Shown here piece after piece: positions 1-9,150 of a DNA stretch of 64,000 nucleotides (positions within the stretch are counted from its first letter, which is position 1; every line of letters starts with the position of its first letter). The DNA comes from an uncultured Verrucomicrobiae bacterium. GTDB lineage: Bacteria > Verrucomicrobiota > Verrucomicrobiia > Chthoniobacterales > JAFAMB01. Both the position numbers and the translations under genes were made by a program. The notes beneath the pieces are model-generated. The model made no database searches. It saw nothing but the letters and a program-made list of their open reading frames with translations, and had not been told where the DNA came from. The DNA lies in NCBI GenBank assembly GCA_963813025.1, contig CAWEXO010000011.1, positions 704,001-768,000 on the forward strand, in the 5' to 3' direction.

Positions 1-1
1 C

Positions 2-442
2 GAAGCATTCGGTTCGCCGTTCCTTGTTCAAATCGAAAACAATGTCTTCGCCCAAATCGGGCTGGTCATGATGATCGGGTTAGTGGCCAAGAACGCGATC
101 CTGATTGTCGGATATGCCAAAGCCGAATACGAGAAAGGTCTTTCCCTAGTCGACGCCGCGCTCACGGGAGCGCGACTCCGCCTGCGGCCAATCTTAATGA
201 CTTCCTTCGCGTTTATCCTCGGTTGTCTGCCGCTCTGGACGGCGTTCGGCTCGGGCGCGCTAGCCCGAAAAATCATGGGGACGACCGTGATTGGAGGAAT
301 GCTCGCGGCAAGTCTTCTCGCCGTATTTTTTATTCCTGTTAGTTTTTGTTTCGTAGAACGGCTCACGCGTGCTCGGAAGGTTGACCGCGCAAGCCAAAAC
401 CCGAGTCCGACCTTCCGATCGACAGAAGAAACCAAGTTATGA
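2..442 (+). CDS. RND efflux permease (AcrB/HAE1 family), C-terminal part, 5' truncated by window
   Basis: Open frame from base 2; motifs QIGLVMMIGLVAKNAILIV, RLRLRPILMTSFAFILG and GTTVIGGML are typical AcrB-family last TM helices. Confidence 0.9.
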   Translation, partial: EAFGSPFLVQIENNVFAQIGLVMMIGLVAKNAILIVGYAKAEYEKGLSLVDAALTGARLRLRPILMTSFAFILGCLPLWTAFGSGALARKIMGTTVIGGMLAASLLAVFFIPVSFCFVERLTRARKVDRASQNPSPTFRSTEETKL

Positions 443-801
443 TCGAAAAGACACCGTCCCGTTATGTTGTATTACTTTTTGTCGGCATGTTGGCATTGGC
501 TGCCAATGGCTTAGCGCAATCCTCGCCTGAGGAGCAGATGCGAGGAATGAGCAGCAAGCTCCAGCTTACCGAGAAGCAAAAGGTGCAGATGGCCCCGCTA
601 GTAAGGAAACAATTCCGCGATTTCAAAGCGCTCGAAGAAAACACCTCGATGGGCAAATTACAGAAGCTGCGTCAAGCTAAAGAACTGCAGGCTAATTTTC
701 ATCATGAAGCATCGAGAGTTTTGAGACCCGACCAAATGAAGAAGTTGGAAGAGATGCAGGCAGAGCGACGGGCGGGCTTAATGAGCGGCGGACGGTCCTG
801 A
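439..801 (+). CDS. Small secreted helical protein (Spy/CpxP-like?)
   Basis: Signal peptide ending GLA-Q; LQLTEKQK and VLRPDQMKKL resemble LTxxQ motifs; ATGA overlap with upstream gene. Confidence 0.55.
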   Translation: MIEKTPSRYVVLLFVGMLALAANGLAQSSPEEQMRGMSSKLQLTEKQKVQMAPLVRKQFRDFKALEENTSMGKLQKLRQAKELQANFHHEASRVLRPDQMKKLEEMQAERRAGLMSGGRS

Positions 802-909
802 CGCGGACAGTTGCCAGAAATAGGGTAAGCTCCCGGTACGTAAGGCGCAGTGCCTCCTGCGTCAGCCTTTGGTCTTGCTGACCGACCATAGATAGCCTGC
901 ACACTCGGT

Positions 910-1102
910 CTCGCAACGTGGCTTAGTTTGCTCGCTAGTTAGACTCTGTGCTGGTAGGGCGAAAACTCATCTGAGCCTTCGGCGAAGACTCGTTTGAGCC
1001 GGACCCGGAAGGTCGCAGCGCCGAAGACGGCTCAAACAAGTTCTCGCTGAGGCTCGAATAAATTTCGCCCCTACCGGACCTGGACCGAACGACGTTGCGA
1101 GA
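910..1102. repeat. REPIN-like long palindrome (GTAGGGCGA family)
   Basis: Nested inverted arms tctcgcaacgt/acgttgcgaga, ggtagggcgaaa/tttcgcccctacc and tttgagccg/cggctcaaa; related copies at about 5695-5730, 29656-29731 and 59234-59400. Confidence 0.8.
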
Positions 1103-1137
1103 AGCGCCGCGAATTCTCGCCTTATCGGCACGATTAG

Positions 1138-2157
1138 TCAGGCGATAGGATCACTGAGCAGCTCCCAGCTGTTGGTTTTAGCCGATTGGAAAAGTGCCTC
1201 GATGGTTGCCATGTTCCGAATCGAATTTTCCAAGGGTACGGGTACTTCGAAACCCTCGCGGATACTTTTCGAGAATTGATCTCCTTGGACCGTGTACTGA
1301 TCGCAAACTGGAAGCTCCACTATCTCCGCACTGCGCCCGGAAAGATCGGTGCCGTCATCGACAAAAATCCGGCAGGGCCGATCCGGCGGAGCATTGAACG
1401 GAATTTCAATTTCGATCCGCCCTTTTGTTCCCAGGATCTGCACCCGTTGGTAAGGCACGAGTTGAGTGCCGCAGGTAAAGACACAATGACCTGACGGAAA
1501 TTGCAGAAGCGCCGAACTAAGGCGATCGGTGCCCATCTCCGGATCTCGTTCGATGAGACCGGCGACTCGCATTGGTTCTTCGCTAAAGATCAAGCGCGAG
1601 GTGAAAACCAGGTAGCAGCCAATGTCCAGGAGCGCTCCACCGCCATAATCCGCGATGTTCCGGATATTTTTGGGATCCTGGTTCAAGTAGCTAAATCCGC
1701 CGATGATGGAGCGAACCGGTCCAATCCGGCCGCTCCGAACGAGATTGAATGCCTTGAGCCACTGGGGATGGGTGCGCACCATAAACGCTTCCCCGATTTT
1801 CCGGTTGGTACGGTCCCGGACAGCCAGGAGAGACAACGCTTCTTTAACCGTTAGGCTGATCGGCTTTTCGCAAAGCACATGCTTACCGGCCTCCGCCGCT
1901 TTGATCGACCACGGCACATGAAGATGATTCGGAAGCGGATTGTAGATCGCCTCGATTTTGGGATCAGCTAATAATTCTTCGTACGAGCCATAGATTTTCT
2001 CGATGCCCAATGCTTCTGCGATCGGTCGAGCTTTGTCTGGGGCTCGTGAAGCGAGCGCAACCACTCGTGAGTACTCACCTTTCTGCATGGCGGGAATAAC
2101 CTTCTGCAGAGCGATTTTCGCGGCCCCAAGCACACCCCAACTGACTTTATCATTCAT
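1138..2157 (-). CDS. Gfo/Idh/MocA family oxidoreductase
   Basis: WGVLGAAKIA Rossmann start, AGKHVLCEKP, GGGALLDIGCY. Confidence 0.92.
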   Translation of the reverse strand: MNDKVSWGVLGAAKIALQKVIPAMQKGEYSRVVALASRAPDKARPIAEALGIEKIYGSYEELLADPKIEAIYNPLPNHLHVPWSIKAAEAGKHVLCEKPISLTVKEALSLLAVRDRTNRKIGEAFMVRTHPQWLKAFNLVRSGRIGPVRSIIGGFSYLNQDPKNIRNIADYGGGALLDIGCYLVFTSRLIFSEEPMRVAGLIERDPEMGTDRLSSALLQFPSGHCVFTCGTQLVPYQRVQILGTKGRIEIEIPFNAPPDRPCRIFVDDGTDLSGRSAEIVELPVCDQYTVQGDQFSKSIREGFEVPVPLENSIRNMATIEALFQSAKTNSWELLSDPIA

Positions 2158-2255
2158 GGTGTTCTTGTTACTTCGATTGACTCAACACTACCAGAAGATA
2201 ACTGCAATAATCAGGGTTGCGACATTGGCTTTCCGGACAAAACAAAAAAAACTGG

Positions 2256-2498
2256 TTAACAGAAGGTCACAAAGGTCGCAGCGCGGGCGTAGCCGCAACC
2301 AAAGCGGCCGCGCAGTCCACGGACAGGCTGGAAGCCTGTGCCACTTTTCCACCCTGACACCGGCATCTTGCCCGTGAACCTTCAAACTGTTCAGCTCCTC
2401 GCAAATCCTCGCAGGAAAACAACATTTTCACGGACAGTAGTACAAAAGATGAAAGATTTGATGCTTCTTCTTTGCGATCTCTGCGACCTCCTGTTCAA
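2256..2498. repeat. MITE-like element with terminal inverted repeats and nested REP-like motifs
   Basis: ttaacagaaggtcacaaaggtcgca versus tttgcgatctctgcgacctcctgttcaa; internal acaggctggaagcctgt palindrome with variants at about 15337 and 18361. Confidence 0.6.
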
Positions 2499-2617
2499 GC
2501 TACTATTTCTTATCGTCTTGGGATCTCACTCAGTCCACGATAAAGGTTCACCAGGCATCTCGGAGCCCACACAAGATCGGAAGAACTCGATCCATCCGCA
2601 CGAGATTCGCTCCGCGA

Positions 2618-3850
2618 TCAGGCGGCTAAGACGTCATTGACGGGGATCCCGCGCAAGTCGAATACCCGGAAGATAGTCTCCTCGATCAGGTTATTCGGGC
2701 AGGACGCTCCGGCCGTAATGCCGATCGTTAACGGCCCGGCCGGGAGCCAATTCTCGGTCACAATCTCGGATTTGAGATGGAGATCATAATGAGTGATGTG
2801 CGCACTGCTGGTCAGCTTGTCCGCACCCTTGATGAAGTAGGTGGGCAGTTTGGCTTCGCCCATCTCCGCCAGATGCGAAGTGTTGGAACTGTTATAGCCT
2901 CCGACTACGAGGAGCAGATCCATCCGTTCCTTTAAAAGCTGGTATAGCGCATCCTGCCGCTCCTGGGTAGCGCCGCAAATCGTGTCGAAAAATCGGAAGT
3001 TCTTTGCTCCCTCCGCGGGGCCGTCCCGATCCAGAATCGCCTGCCGGATTCGCCGCTGCACTTCTTCGGTCTCGCCGCGCAGCATCGTCGTCTGATTCGC
3101 TACGCCGATCGCGCGGAGGTCGCGGTCCGGATCGAAATCCGGCGAATGAGCATTGCGGAAGCGTTCCAGAAAGGCTTCCTTGCTTCCCCCGTACCGGATG
3201 TAATCGCAGACATAATCGGTATCGGCCAGCGTGAGCACCACGAGATAATGTCCTCCGCCTGCACCCAACGCCCGCGAGGCGGTCGCTTTCGTCTCTTCAT
3301 GTTCGGCCTTGCCATGAATGATCGAGGTTACTTTTTCGACCGCGTTCTGCCGGACCCGCTTCCAGACACTCATCACATCGCCGCAAGTCGTGTCCACAAT
3401 CTGACAGCCGCAAGCGCGGATCCGGGAGAGTGTCTCCAGATCAGTTCCAAAAGCTGGAACGATCACGATGTCGTCTGCTCGCAAATCGGCAATCTCGGCT
3501 TCTTTCTGCAAGCCGATGAGATTCTTGATGCCCATTGCGGCGATCTGCTCGTTGACCAGCGGGTTGTGAATGATCTCGCCGAGAATAAACAAGCGACGAT
3601 CAGCAAAGACTCGCCTGGCCGCATAAGCCAAGTCAATCGCCCGTTCGACACCGTAGCAAAAGCCAAACTGTTTGGCGAGGAGCATGGTGGTGTCGCGGAC
3701 CGTCAGAATGCCGCCGGTAGCGCGCAATCGCTCGACGATCACGCTGCGATAGTGCGACTCGACTTGCTCCTGGACGCGGGTCATGACGTCCGGAGTGCGG
3801 AGATTAATTTTCTTAGGATGGACGGCTGCAGAGGAGGAAGGCGTAGGCAT
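2618..3850 (-). CDS. ispH: 4-hydroxy-3-methylbut-2-enyl diphosphate reductase
   Basis: FGFCYGVERAI, GEIIHNP, VDTTC, DTICGATQERQ, GGYNSSNT, GITAGASCP. Confidence 0.96.
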   Translation of the reverse strand: MPTPSSSAAVHPKKINLRTPDVMTRVQEQVESHYRSVIVERLRATGGILTVRDTTMLLAKQFGFCYGVERAIDLAYAARRVFADRRLFILGEIIHNPLVNEQIAAMGIKNLIGLQKEAEIADLRADDIVIVPAFGTDLETLSRIRACGCQIVDTTCGDVMSVWKRVRQNAVEKVTSIIHGKAEHEETKATASRALGAGGGHYLVVLTLADTDYVCDYIRYGGSKEAFLERFRNAHSPDFDPDRDLRAIGVANQTTMLRGETEEVQRRIRQAILDRDGPAEGAKNFRFFDTICGATQERQDALYQLLKERMDLLLVVGGYNSSNTSHLAEMGEAKLPTYFIKGADKLTSSAHITHYDLHLKSEIVTENWLPAGPLTIGITAGASCPNNLIEETIFRVFDLRGIPVNDVLAA

Positions 3851-3908
3851 CGGCGGAAACTAAACGAGTCTAAACGAGCCTAACCGAGTTTGCCCGGCCA
3901 TGCAGCTG

Positions 3909-4589
3909 TTAAGTTTGCGGAACGAGCAGCGGTCCCGGAATCGGAGCAAAAGCCTTGTCAGAGGTCAGGATCGCCGCCGGAAGATCCGGGTCATTGTAAT
4001 CAGCGGGACGAGGCGCGGTTTTGCCGATCGTAGCGTCCTCGGGTTGACTGCGCGCAATGTTCACGGGCGTACCGATATGGACCAGTGCGAAAAATTTAGG
4101 AGCGGCTTGCGGATGGAGACGCAAACAACCATGTGAGTGAGGGATTGGCCAGACAGCGCCCTGATGGAACCCGTAAGCCGGCTTGAATCCAACCCAGTAA
4201 GCCATCGGATAACCGACATAATGATAACCGGGACCAGGTTTGTGATCGCTGGTACCAACTCGGAAGTCGTTGCCGCGGACCCAGAATCCATAACTGCTCG
4301 ACCGTTTTCGCGGGATCTTTTCAGTAACGCGATAAGAGCCCGTCGGCGTAACCGCGCCCGCCTTCCCGATCGTGGTTGGAGTGACCAGCAGCGGACGATT
4401 GCCTTCCATGACATAGACCATGCGATTTTCCAGGGAAACCTTGACGCGAACGTTGTCCGGATTTTTCGGCTTATAAGCCACGACCGTGTAAGGCTTTTTT
4501 CCCAGTGTTAATGGAGTATTGCAACCGGTCAGCAAGACGGATCCTGCGAGACCAAGCAAGGCGAGGGTGCGAAGGCAAATACTTCTCAT
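3909..4589 (-). CDS. L,D-transpeptidase (YkuD) lipoprotein
   Basis: Lipobox LLTGC; catalytic GFHQG...SHGCLRL. Confidence 0.88.
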   Translation of the reverse strand: MRSICLRTLALLGLAGSVLLTGCNTPLTLGKKPYTVVAYKPKNPDNVRVKVSLENRMVYVMEGNRPLLVTPTTIGKAGAVTPTGSYRVTEKIPRKRSSSYGFWVRGNDFRVGTSDHKPGPGYHYVGYPMAYWVGFKPAYGFHQGAVWPIPHSHGCLRLHPQAAPKFFALVHIGTPVNIARSQPEDATIGKTAPRPADYNDPDLPAAILTSDKAFAPIPGPLLVPQT

Positions 4590-4617
4590 ACGGGCTGAAT
4601 TGGGTCTATTTTAGCGG

Positions 4618-5670
4618 ATGCCGGGAATTTGCAAGAAGCAAAAATGGTCAGAGGAAGCCGGACCAAAACCATTTACTGATCTCAAGCGGATCCGGTATTG
4701 GTTTGAATGGATCGGTGTCAGTTTCTTTGCGAGGCTCATTCCCAGCCTGCCGCTGCCTTTGGTGCGCTTACTGGCCAGCTTGGCTGGAGCGCTCTATTAT
4801 CGCTTCGATGCCAAAACGCGTGCCGTAATCCGGGCAAATCTGAAAGCGGCTCTGGGTGAAAGCCGGTCTGCGGCGGAACGCGAAGACATCGGACGAAAGT
4901 CCGTACAGATATTTGCGCGCAGCTTTCTCGAGCTCTTTTGGACGCCTCGGCTGAATCTCCGGAACCTGTCGAAAGTGGCTTCTTTCGAAGAGCCGGCCGC
5001 GTTCGCGCAGATGATGGCCGAGGGGCGTCAGGCCGCTATTTTCGTGACCATGCATTTTGGTAATTTTGAATGGGGCAGCGCACTGCTCGGCTTCAATGGC
5101 TGTCCCGGGCAGGTGCTGACCCAACGCTTTAAGAACGATCGCCTGACTCCGATCTTCGCCCGCTTCCGCGAAATCTCCGGTTCTAAAGTGATCACGCGCG
5201 AACGCTCTATGATTCGCTTATTGAAGCTGGTGCGCCAACGGAAAACGGTTGGCATTTTGGTTGATCTCACGCTGAAGATGGAAGATCCCGGAATGATCAT
5301 CGACGTTTTCGGCATGAAAATGCGGACGACGTTGCTCCATGCGGTGTTGCACCGGCGGACCGGCGTCCCGATCCAGCCCTTCCTTACGCTGCCGCGAGCT
5401 GATGGAGGATGGCTCGTGCGCTTGTTCCCGCCGCTGAGCTTCCCCGCCGGGGCGTCCGATCAGGAGATCGTGCAGGCTTGTTGGGACCTGTTCGAGCCCG
5501 TGATCCGGCAGTACCCCGAGCAATGGCTATGGAGCTATAAACATTGGCGTTATCGCCCTGCTTTAGCGGAGCGGACTTATCCGTTTTACGCCAAGGTATC
5601 GGAAGCGTTTGAAAGAGAATTGGCCGCTCAGGAGAGGGCCTCTGAGGAAGGCGCGTGCAGCTCCTCCTGA
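4618..5670 (+). CDS. Lipid A biosynthesis acyltransferase (LpxL/HtrB family)
   Basis: HFGNFEW, GILVD, PEQWLWSYKHWR; start codon uncertain. Confidence 0.88.
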   Translation: MPGICKKQKWSEEAGPKPFTDLKRIRYWFEWIGVSFFARLIPSLPLPLVRLLASLAGALYYRFDAKTRAVIRANLKAALGESRSAAEREDIGRKSVQIFARSFLELFWTPRLNLRNLSKVASFEEPAAFAQMMAEGRQAAIFVTMHFGNFEWGSALLGFNGCPGQVLTQRFKNDRLTPIFARFREISGSKVITRERSMIRLLKLVRQRKTVGILVDLTLKMEDPGMIIDVFGMKMRTTLLHAVLHRRTGVPIQPFLTLPRADGGWLVRLFPPLSFPAGASDQEIVQACWDLFEPVIRQYPEQWLWSYKHWRYRPALAERTYPFYAKVSEAFERELAAQERASEEGACSSS

Positions 5671-5766
5671 GAGGCTGTCTTGCAACATTCCGCTGGTCCA
5701 GGACCGGTAGGGCGCAAATTCATTCGAGCGCGGTCTTTGCATTTTGCGCCTTACTATAGGACGCGT

Positions 5767-7380
5767 TTAGTGCCTTGCCTGGTCAGCAGATCTTTTCCGA
5801 TACATCTCCCGGAACGGATGTTCATCCAACAGATTCGGTTCGATGCCTCCGAATTTCACGGAGTCATAGATCTGGATTCCCATGTAGAAATAGAGGGGAC
5901 AAATCGGTGTCCCCCGGTTGAGCAGAAGATCTTCGGCTTGGGCGAAAATCTGCAAACGCTTCCGCTCGTTTGATTCGCGCGCGGCCGCTTCGATGAGGCC
6001 ATCGTAAGCGGCATCGCTCCAGCCGGTCCGGTTGTTGCCACCATGCGAGACGAAACAATCCAGGAACGTGTTTGGGTCGTTGTAATCGCCAACCCAGCTG
6101 GACCGGGCAAAATCGTAGTCAAGCCGATTCAGAGAGTTCAAATACACTTTCCATTCTTGTTTAGCCAATTGTACGTGAACGCCAAGCTCGGTCGCCAGCA
6201 TGCTCTGGATCTCGACGGCAATGTCTTCGTTGAGTTTTTTGCTGTCGTAGAGGTAGGTAACTGTCGGGAATCCCTTTCCATTCGGGTAGCCGGCGGCCGT
6301 CAGAAGTTCACGGGCGCGCTGAGGGTCGCGCTGAAACGTCTTTGGCGGTTGATACTGATGCGCTATTCCCGAAGGGGTGAAGGAGTAAGCCGGCGGTTCG
6401 CCCGCCTGAGTTATCTTGTGGACGATTCTCTCGCGATCGATGACCATTGAGAATGCTTGGCGCACCCGTGTATCGTTGAACGGCGCTCGAGTGACGTTGA
6501 AGCGGATAAAGTAAGTCCCCAAGAAAGGAGCGGCATGGAAATCAGGCCGCTTCCGTAATTCCGGAATCAGGGAGGGAGGAGTCAAACCTTTATCCAGAAT
6601 CAGGTCGGCCACCTTGGAAGCGTAGAAGTTGTAGGCGGTGATGGAATTGTCGATTGGCAGCGCGTCGATCGTTTCCAGCCGGACATGATCCCGGTCCCAG
6701 TAGGTTGGATTTTTTTTAAAGCGAATCCGGTAATTCAGACGCCAATCTTCTAGTAAGAACGGCCCGTCGTTAACCAGGTGGCCCGGTTTCAGCCATTCTT
6801 CGCCGGCCTGCTTGATGCTCGGAAGATAGACGGGCGCAAAGGTGGCAATGGCGCAAAGATCCAGAAAATACGGTGTGGGCGAGGTCAATTCGACACGCAA
6901 GGTGCGCTCGTCCAGGGCCTTGACCCCGACCTGGCCGAAATCTTTCAGCTTCCCTTCGTTGAAAGCCTGCGCGTTCACGATGTGGTAAAACAGGTAGGCG
7001 TATTCCGAAGCCGTTTCTGGCAGGAGCACGCGTCTCCAGGAATTGAGAAAGTCTTGCGCGGTGACCGGCTGCCCGTTGCTCCATTTTACTCCTGGACGGA
7101 GCTGAAAGGTGTAGGTCCGTTTGTCGTCCGAAATGACCCAGCTCTGGGCAACAGCCGGCTGTGCCTGACCAAACCGGTCGAAATGTAAGAGCCCGTCGAA
7201 CAGGGCGTAAACCAGCCGCATTTCTAGCTGGCCGGTGACCACGGCCGGATCGAGGGACTCCGGCTCTGCCCCGTTCAGGATGACTAGATCAGCCCGTTTT
7301 TCGGCCGGCTTGCATCCAGCAAGTACGAGCAGTGTCAACGCTAACCAGATCGGAAAACGAGCTCTGATCCGTCGCCGCAC
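5767..7380 (-). CDS. Peptide ABC transporter substrate-binding lipoprotein (OppA family)
   Basis: Lipobox LAGC; EPESLDP, YTFQLRPGVKWSNG, WVGDYNDP. Confidence 0.92.
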   Translation of the reverse strand: MRRRIRARFPIWLALTLLVLAGCKPAEKRADLVILNGAEPESLDPAVVTGQLEMRLVYALFDGLLHFDRFGQAQPAVAQSWVISDDKRTYTFQLRPGVKWSNGQPVTAQDFLNSWRRVLLPETASEYAYLFYHIVNAQAFNEGKLKDFGQVGVKALDERTLRVELTSPTPYFLDLCAIATFAPVYLPSIKQAGEEWLKPGHLVNDGPFLLEDWRLNYRIRFKKNPTYWDRDHVRLETIDALPIDNSITAYNFYASKVADLILDKGLTPPSLIPELRKRPDFHAAPFLGTYFIRFNVTRAPFNDTRVRQAFSMVIDRERIVHKITQAGEPPAYSFTPSGIAHQYQPPKTFQRDPQRARELLTAAGYPNGKGFPTVTYLYDSKKLNEDIAVEIQSMLATELGVHVQLAKQEWKVYLNSLNRLDYDFARSSWVGDYNDPNTFLDCFVSHGGNNRTGWSDAAYDGLIEAAARESNERKRLQIFAQAEDLLLNRGTPICPLYFYMGIQIYDSVKFGGIEPNLLDEHPFREMYRKRSADQARH

Positions 7381-7386
7381 AAAGAA

Positions 7387-7926
7387 CTATTTTGCCGGGG
7401 TACCGCTCCCCGGTGTGGGGTTTTTCGGAGGAGCAGCCATTGGTGTGGCTGGCGAAGCAGCGGGCGGGGGTGTGGTTGTGGCAGTCGCTGTGGTTACGGA
7501 TGCTGGACTAGAGGCGGACGCATGCGTCGCCAGCGGGGTTGTCAACGGTGCCGGACTGCCAGTAGCTCCAGGGTTTGCCGCAACTGCTGGTGAAGCCGCG
7601 GTAACAGCCGGAGCGGGATGCGCCGGTGCGGCGGCGCTTGCCTTTCTGGCTTCGCTTTCCAAAAGACCGACCCGCCGTTCGAGTCCTTGCCGGGCGGTCA
7701 GGACCGTCAAGAGCAATGTCACCCCGAAAAAAGCGATTCCCAGATATACCGTGGCTTTTGTCAGCACAGTTGTGGTCTGAGCGCCGAAGATGTTTTCCGT
7801 CATCCCTGAGCCGAAAGCGGCGCCCAAGCCTTCGCTGCGCGGTCTCTGCATCAACACTACAAGGGTCAAGAGGATGCAGACGATCACGAGAACCACGAGC
7901 AGGAAAGGGATGAGGATCGACAGCAT
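7387..7926 (-). CDS. secG: Preprotein translocase subunit SecG with Pro/Ala/Thr-rich tail
   Basis: VVLMQRPRSEGLGAAFG...LTKAT; start placed at MLSILIPF. Confidence 0.88.
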   Translation of the reverse strand: MLSILIPFLLVVLVIVCILLTLVVLMQRPRSEGLGAAFGSGMTENIFGAQTTTVLTKATVYLGIAFFGVTLLLTVLTARQGLERRVGLLESEARKASAAAPAHPAPAVTAASPAVAANPGATGSPAPLTTPLATHASASSPASVTTATATTTPPPAASPATPMAAPPKNPTPGSGTPAK

Positions 7927-8060
7927 AAGAGCGGGAATATGTGCACTGGTTTCCGGGAAAAGCAAGTGGGTGCGCTGAGGAGCGGAGGCCAGTCCCAGTG
8001 CTCTGCTTGACACTGCGGGCTATTGGCAGCGAGACTCATTGCTGCACGAGTAAATCCTTC

Positions 8061-8873
8061 ATGGCCGAAGAGACCCAGAGAGTCACGGCACCGGACCGGC
8101 GCCAGCTGTCGGCCGCGATGAATTTCTTTTTAAAGCAGACACTTCCGCGCTTCGACGTCGAATCTTGTGCCAAGGCCATCCTTTTCACCTTGGATCAATT
8201 CTTTCCTGCGAAGTCCTTGATGGCCTATCTCTGGCATCCGGTCCATGAAGCTAATCAGCGCGTTTTTCTGCATTTGGCGGACGGCGTAGTCTCGCGCACA
8301 CTCCAGGTGTTTCCAGACGCGACGGCGATCCGTTCGGAAAAAGCACGCAAGAACTCAGATGATCTGGATTTGATCGCTCATCGTTCGCTGCAGTCATTCC
8401 GATTGGACCCGGAGGCGCATAACCTTTTGGAGCTGGCCGGTTGTCGTGGCGCGGTTGAAGGTCGTTTTCGTTATTACGGAAAGCCCTTTCTCTGGGTCAT
8501 TCTGGGCGTAGCTAATCCGCGGGTACTCCGGGAATCGGCGGCCGAGGAGTTTCTCCTGCTTTTCAGCCGGTGTTGTCTCGTCTCTTTGCACGGCGCCTAC
8601 ATTGCGGAGTCCGATGAAGGACGGGATCGGTCGCGCGAGTTGAATAACACCAATCTGAGCCTCACGCTGCAATGGTTTCACTCTGTCCTGCGCCACCTCA
8701 ATCTTGGACTGCTCGATCTGCAAACTGGTGAGAAGGCCGAGGCGCAAAGCGCCCTGGAACGTGCGTCAACGGTCGCCAGCCTCTGCCTGGCACAGCTGTT
8801 GTGGTACATGCGCGAGAGGACGGGCGCGGCATCAACTGAAGCCACGGTAGTGCGGAGTGCGGAAGAAAGCTAA
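8061..8873 (+). CDS. Hypothetical protein
   Basis: 270-aa ORF divergent from secG, fills the gap; no motif recognised. Confidence 0.6.
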   Translation: MAEETQRVTAPDRRQLSAAMNFFLKQTLPRFDVESCAKAILFTLDQFFPAKSLMAYLWHPVHEANQRVFLHLADGVVSRTLQVFPDATAIRSEKARKNSDDLDLIAHRSLQSFRLDPEAHNLLELAGCRGAVEGRFRYYGKPFLWVILGVANPRVLRESAAEEFLLLFSRCCLVSLHGAYIAESDEGRDRSRELNNTNLSLTLQWFHSVLRHLNLGLLDLQTGEKAEAQSALERASTVASLCLAQLLWYMRERTGAASTEATVVRSAEES

Positions 8874-8874
8874 C

Positions 8875-9132
8875 GGAGTGTCAGTGCCAGTGCTGGTGCT
8901 AGAGTCAGTGCCAGTGTGTGCGGCAGGCTCAGTTCGAGCTCGACACGTTCCCGAAGCGAGAAACCTACGGGTTAAGCAGTCAGCTCCGTCGCGCGGCCGT
9001 CTCTGTTCCGAGTTGCTGGTGGACACCGATGAGATCGGACGAATGTGTAACGGATTGACCAACGTTTTGCGCCGCCCGCGATCCCGCCGACCCAACTAGC
9101 ACTGGCACTGACACTGGCACTAACACTGACTC
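8875..9132 (+). mobile_element. Miniature element: internally deleted four-helix-bundle gene remnant between inverted hexamer-repeat arms (copy 1)
   Basis: Left arm (agtgyc)n, right arm (grcact)n; interior translates LDTFPKRETYGLSSQLRRAAVSVPS then DEIGRMCNGLTNVLR. Confidence 0.75.
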
Positions 9133-9150
9133 TGTGGTTCCGTGCTCGCC

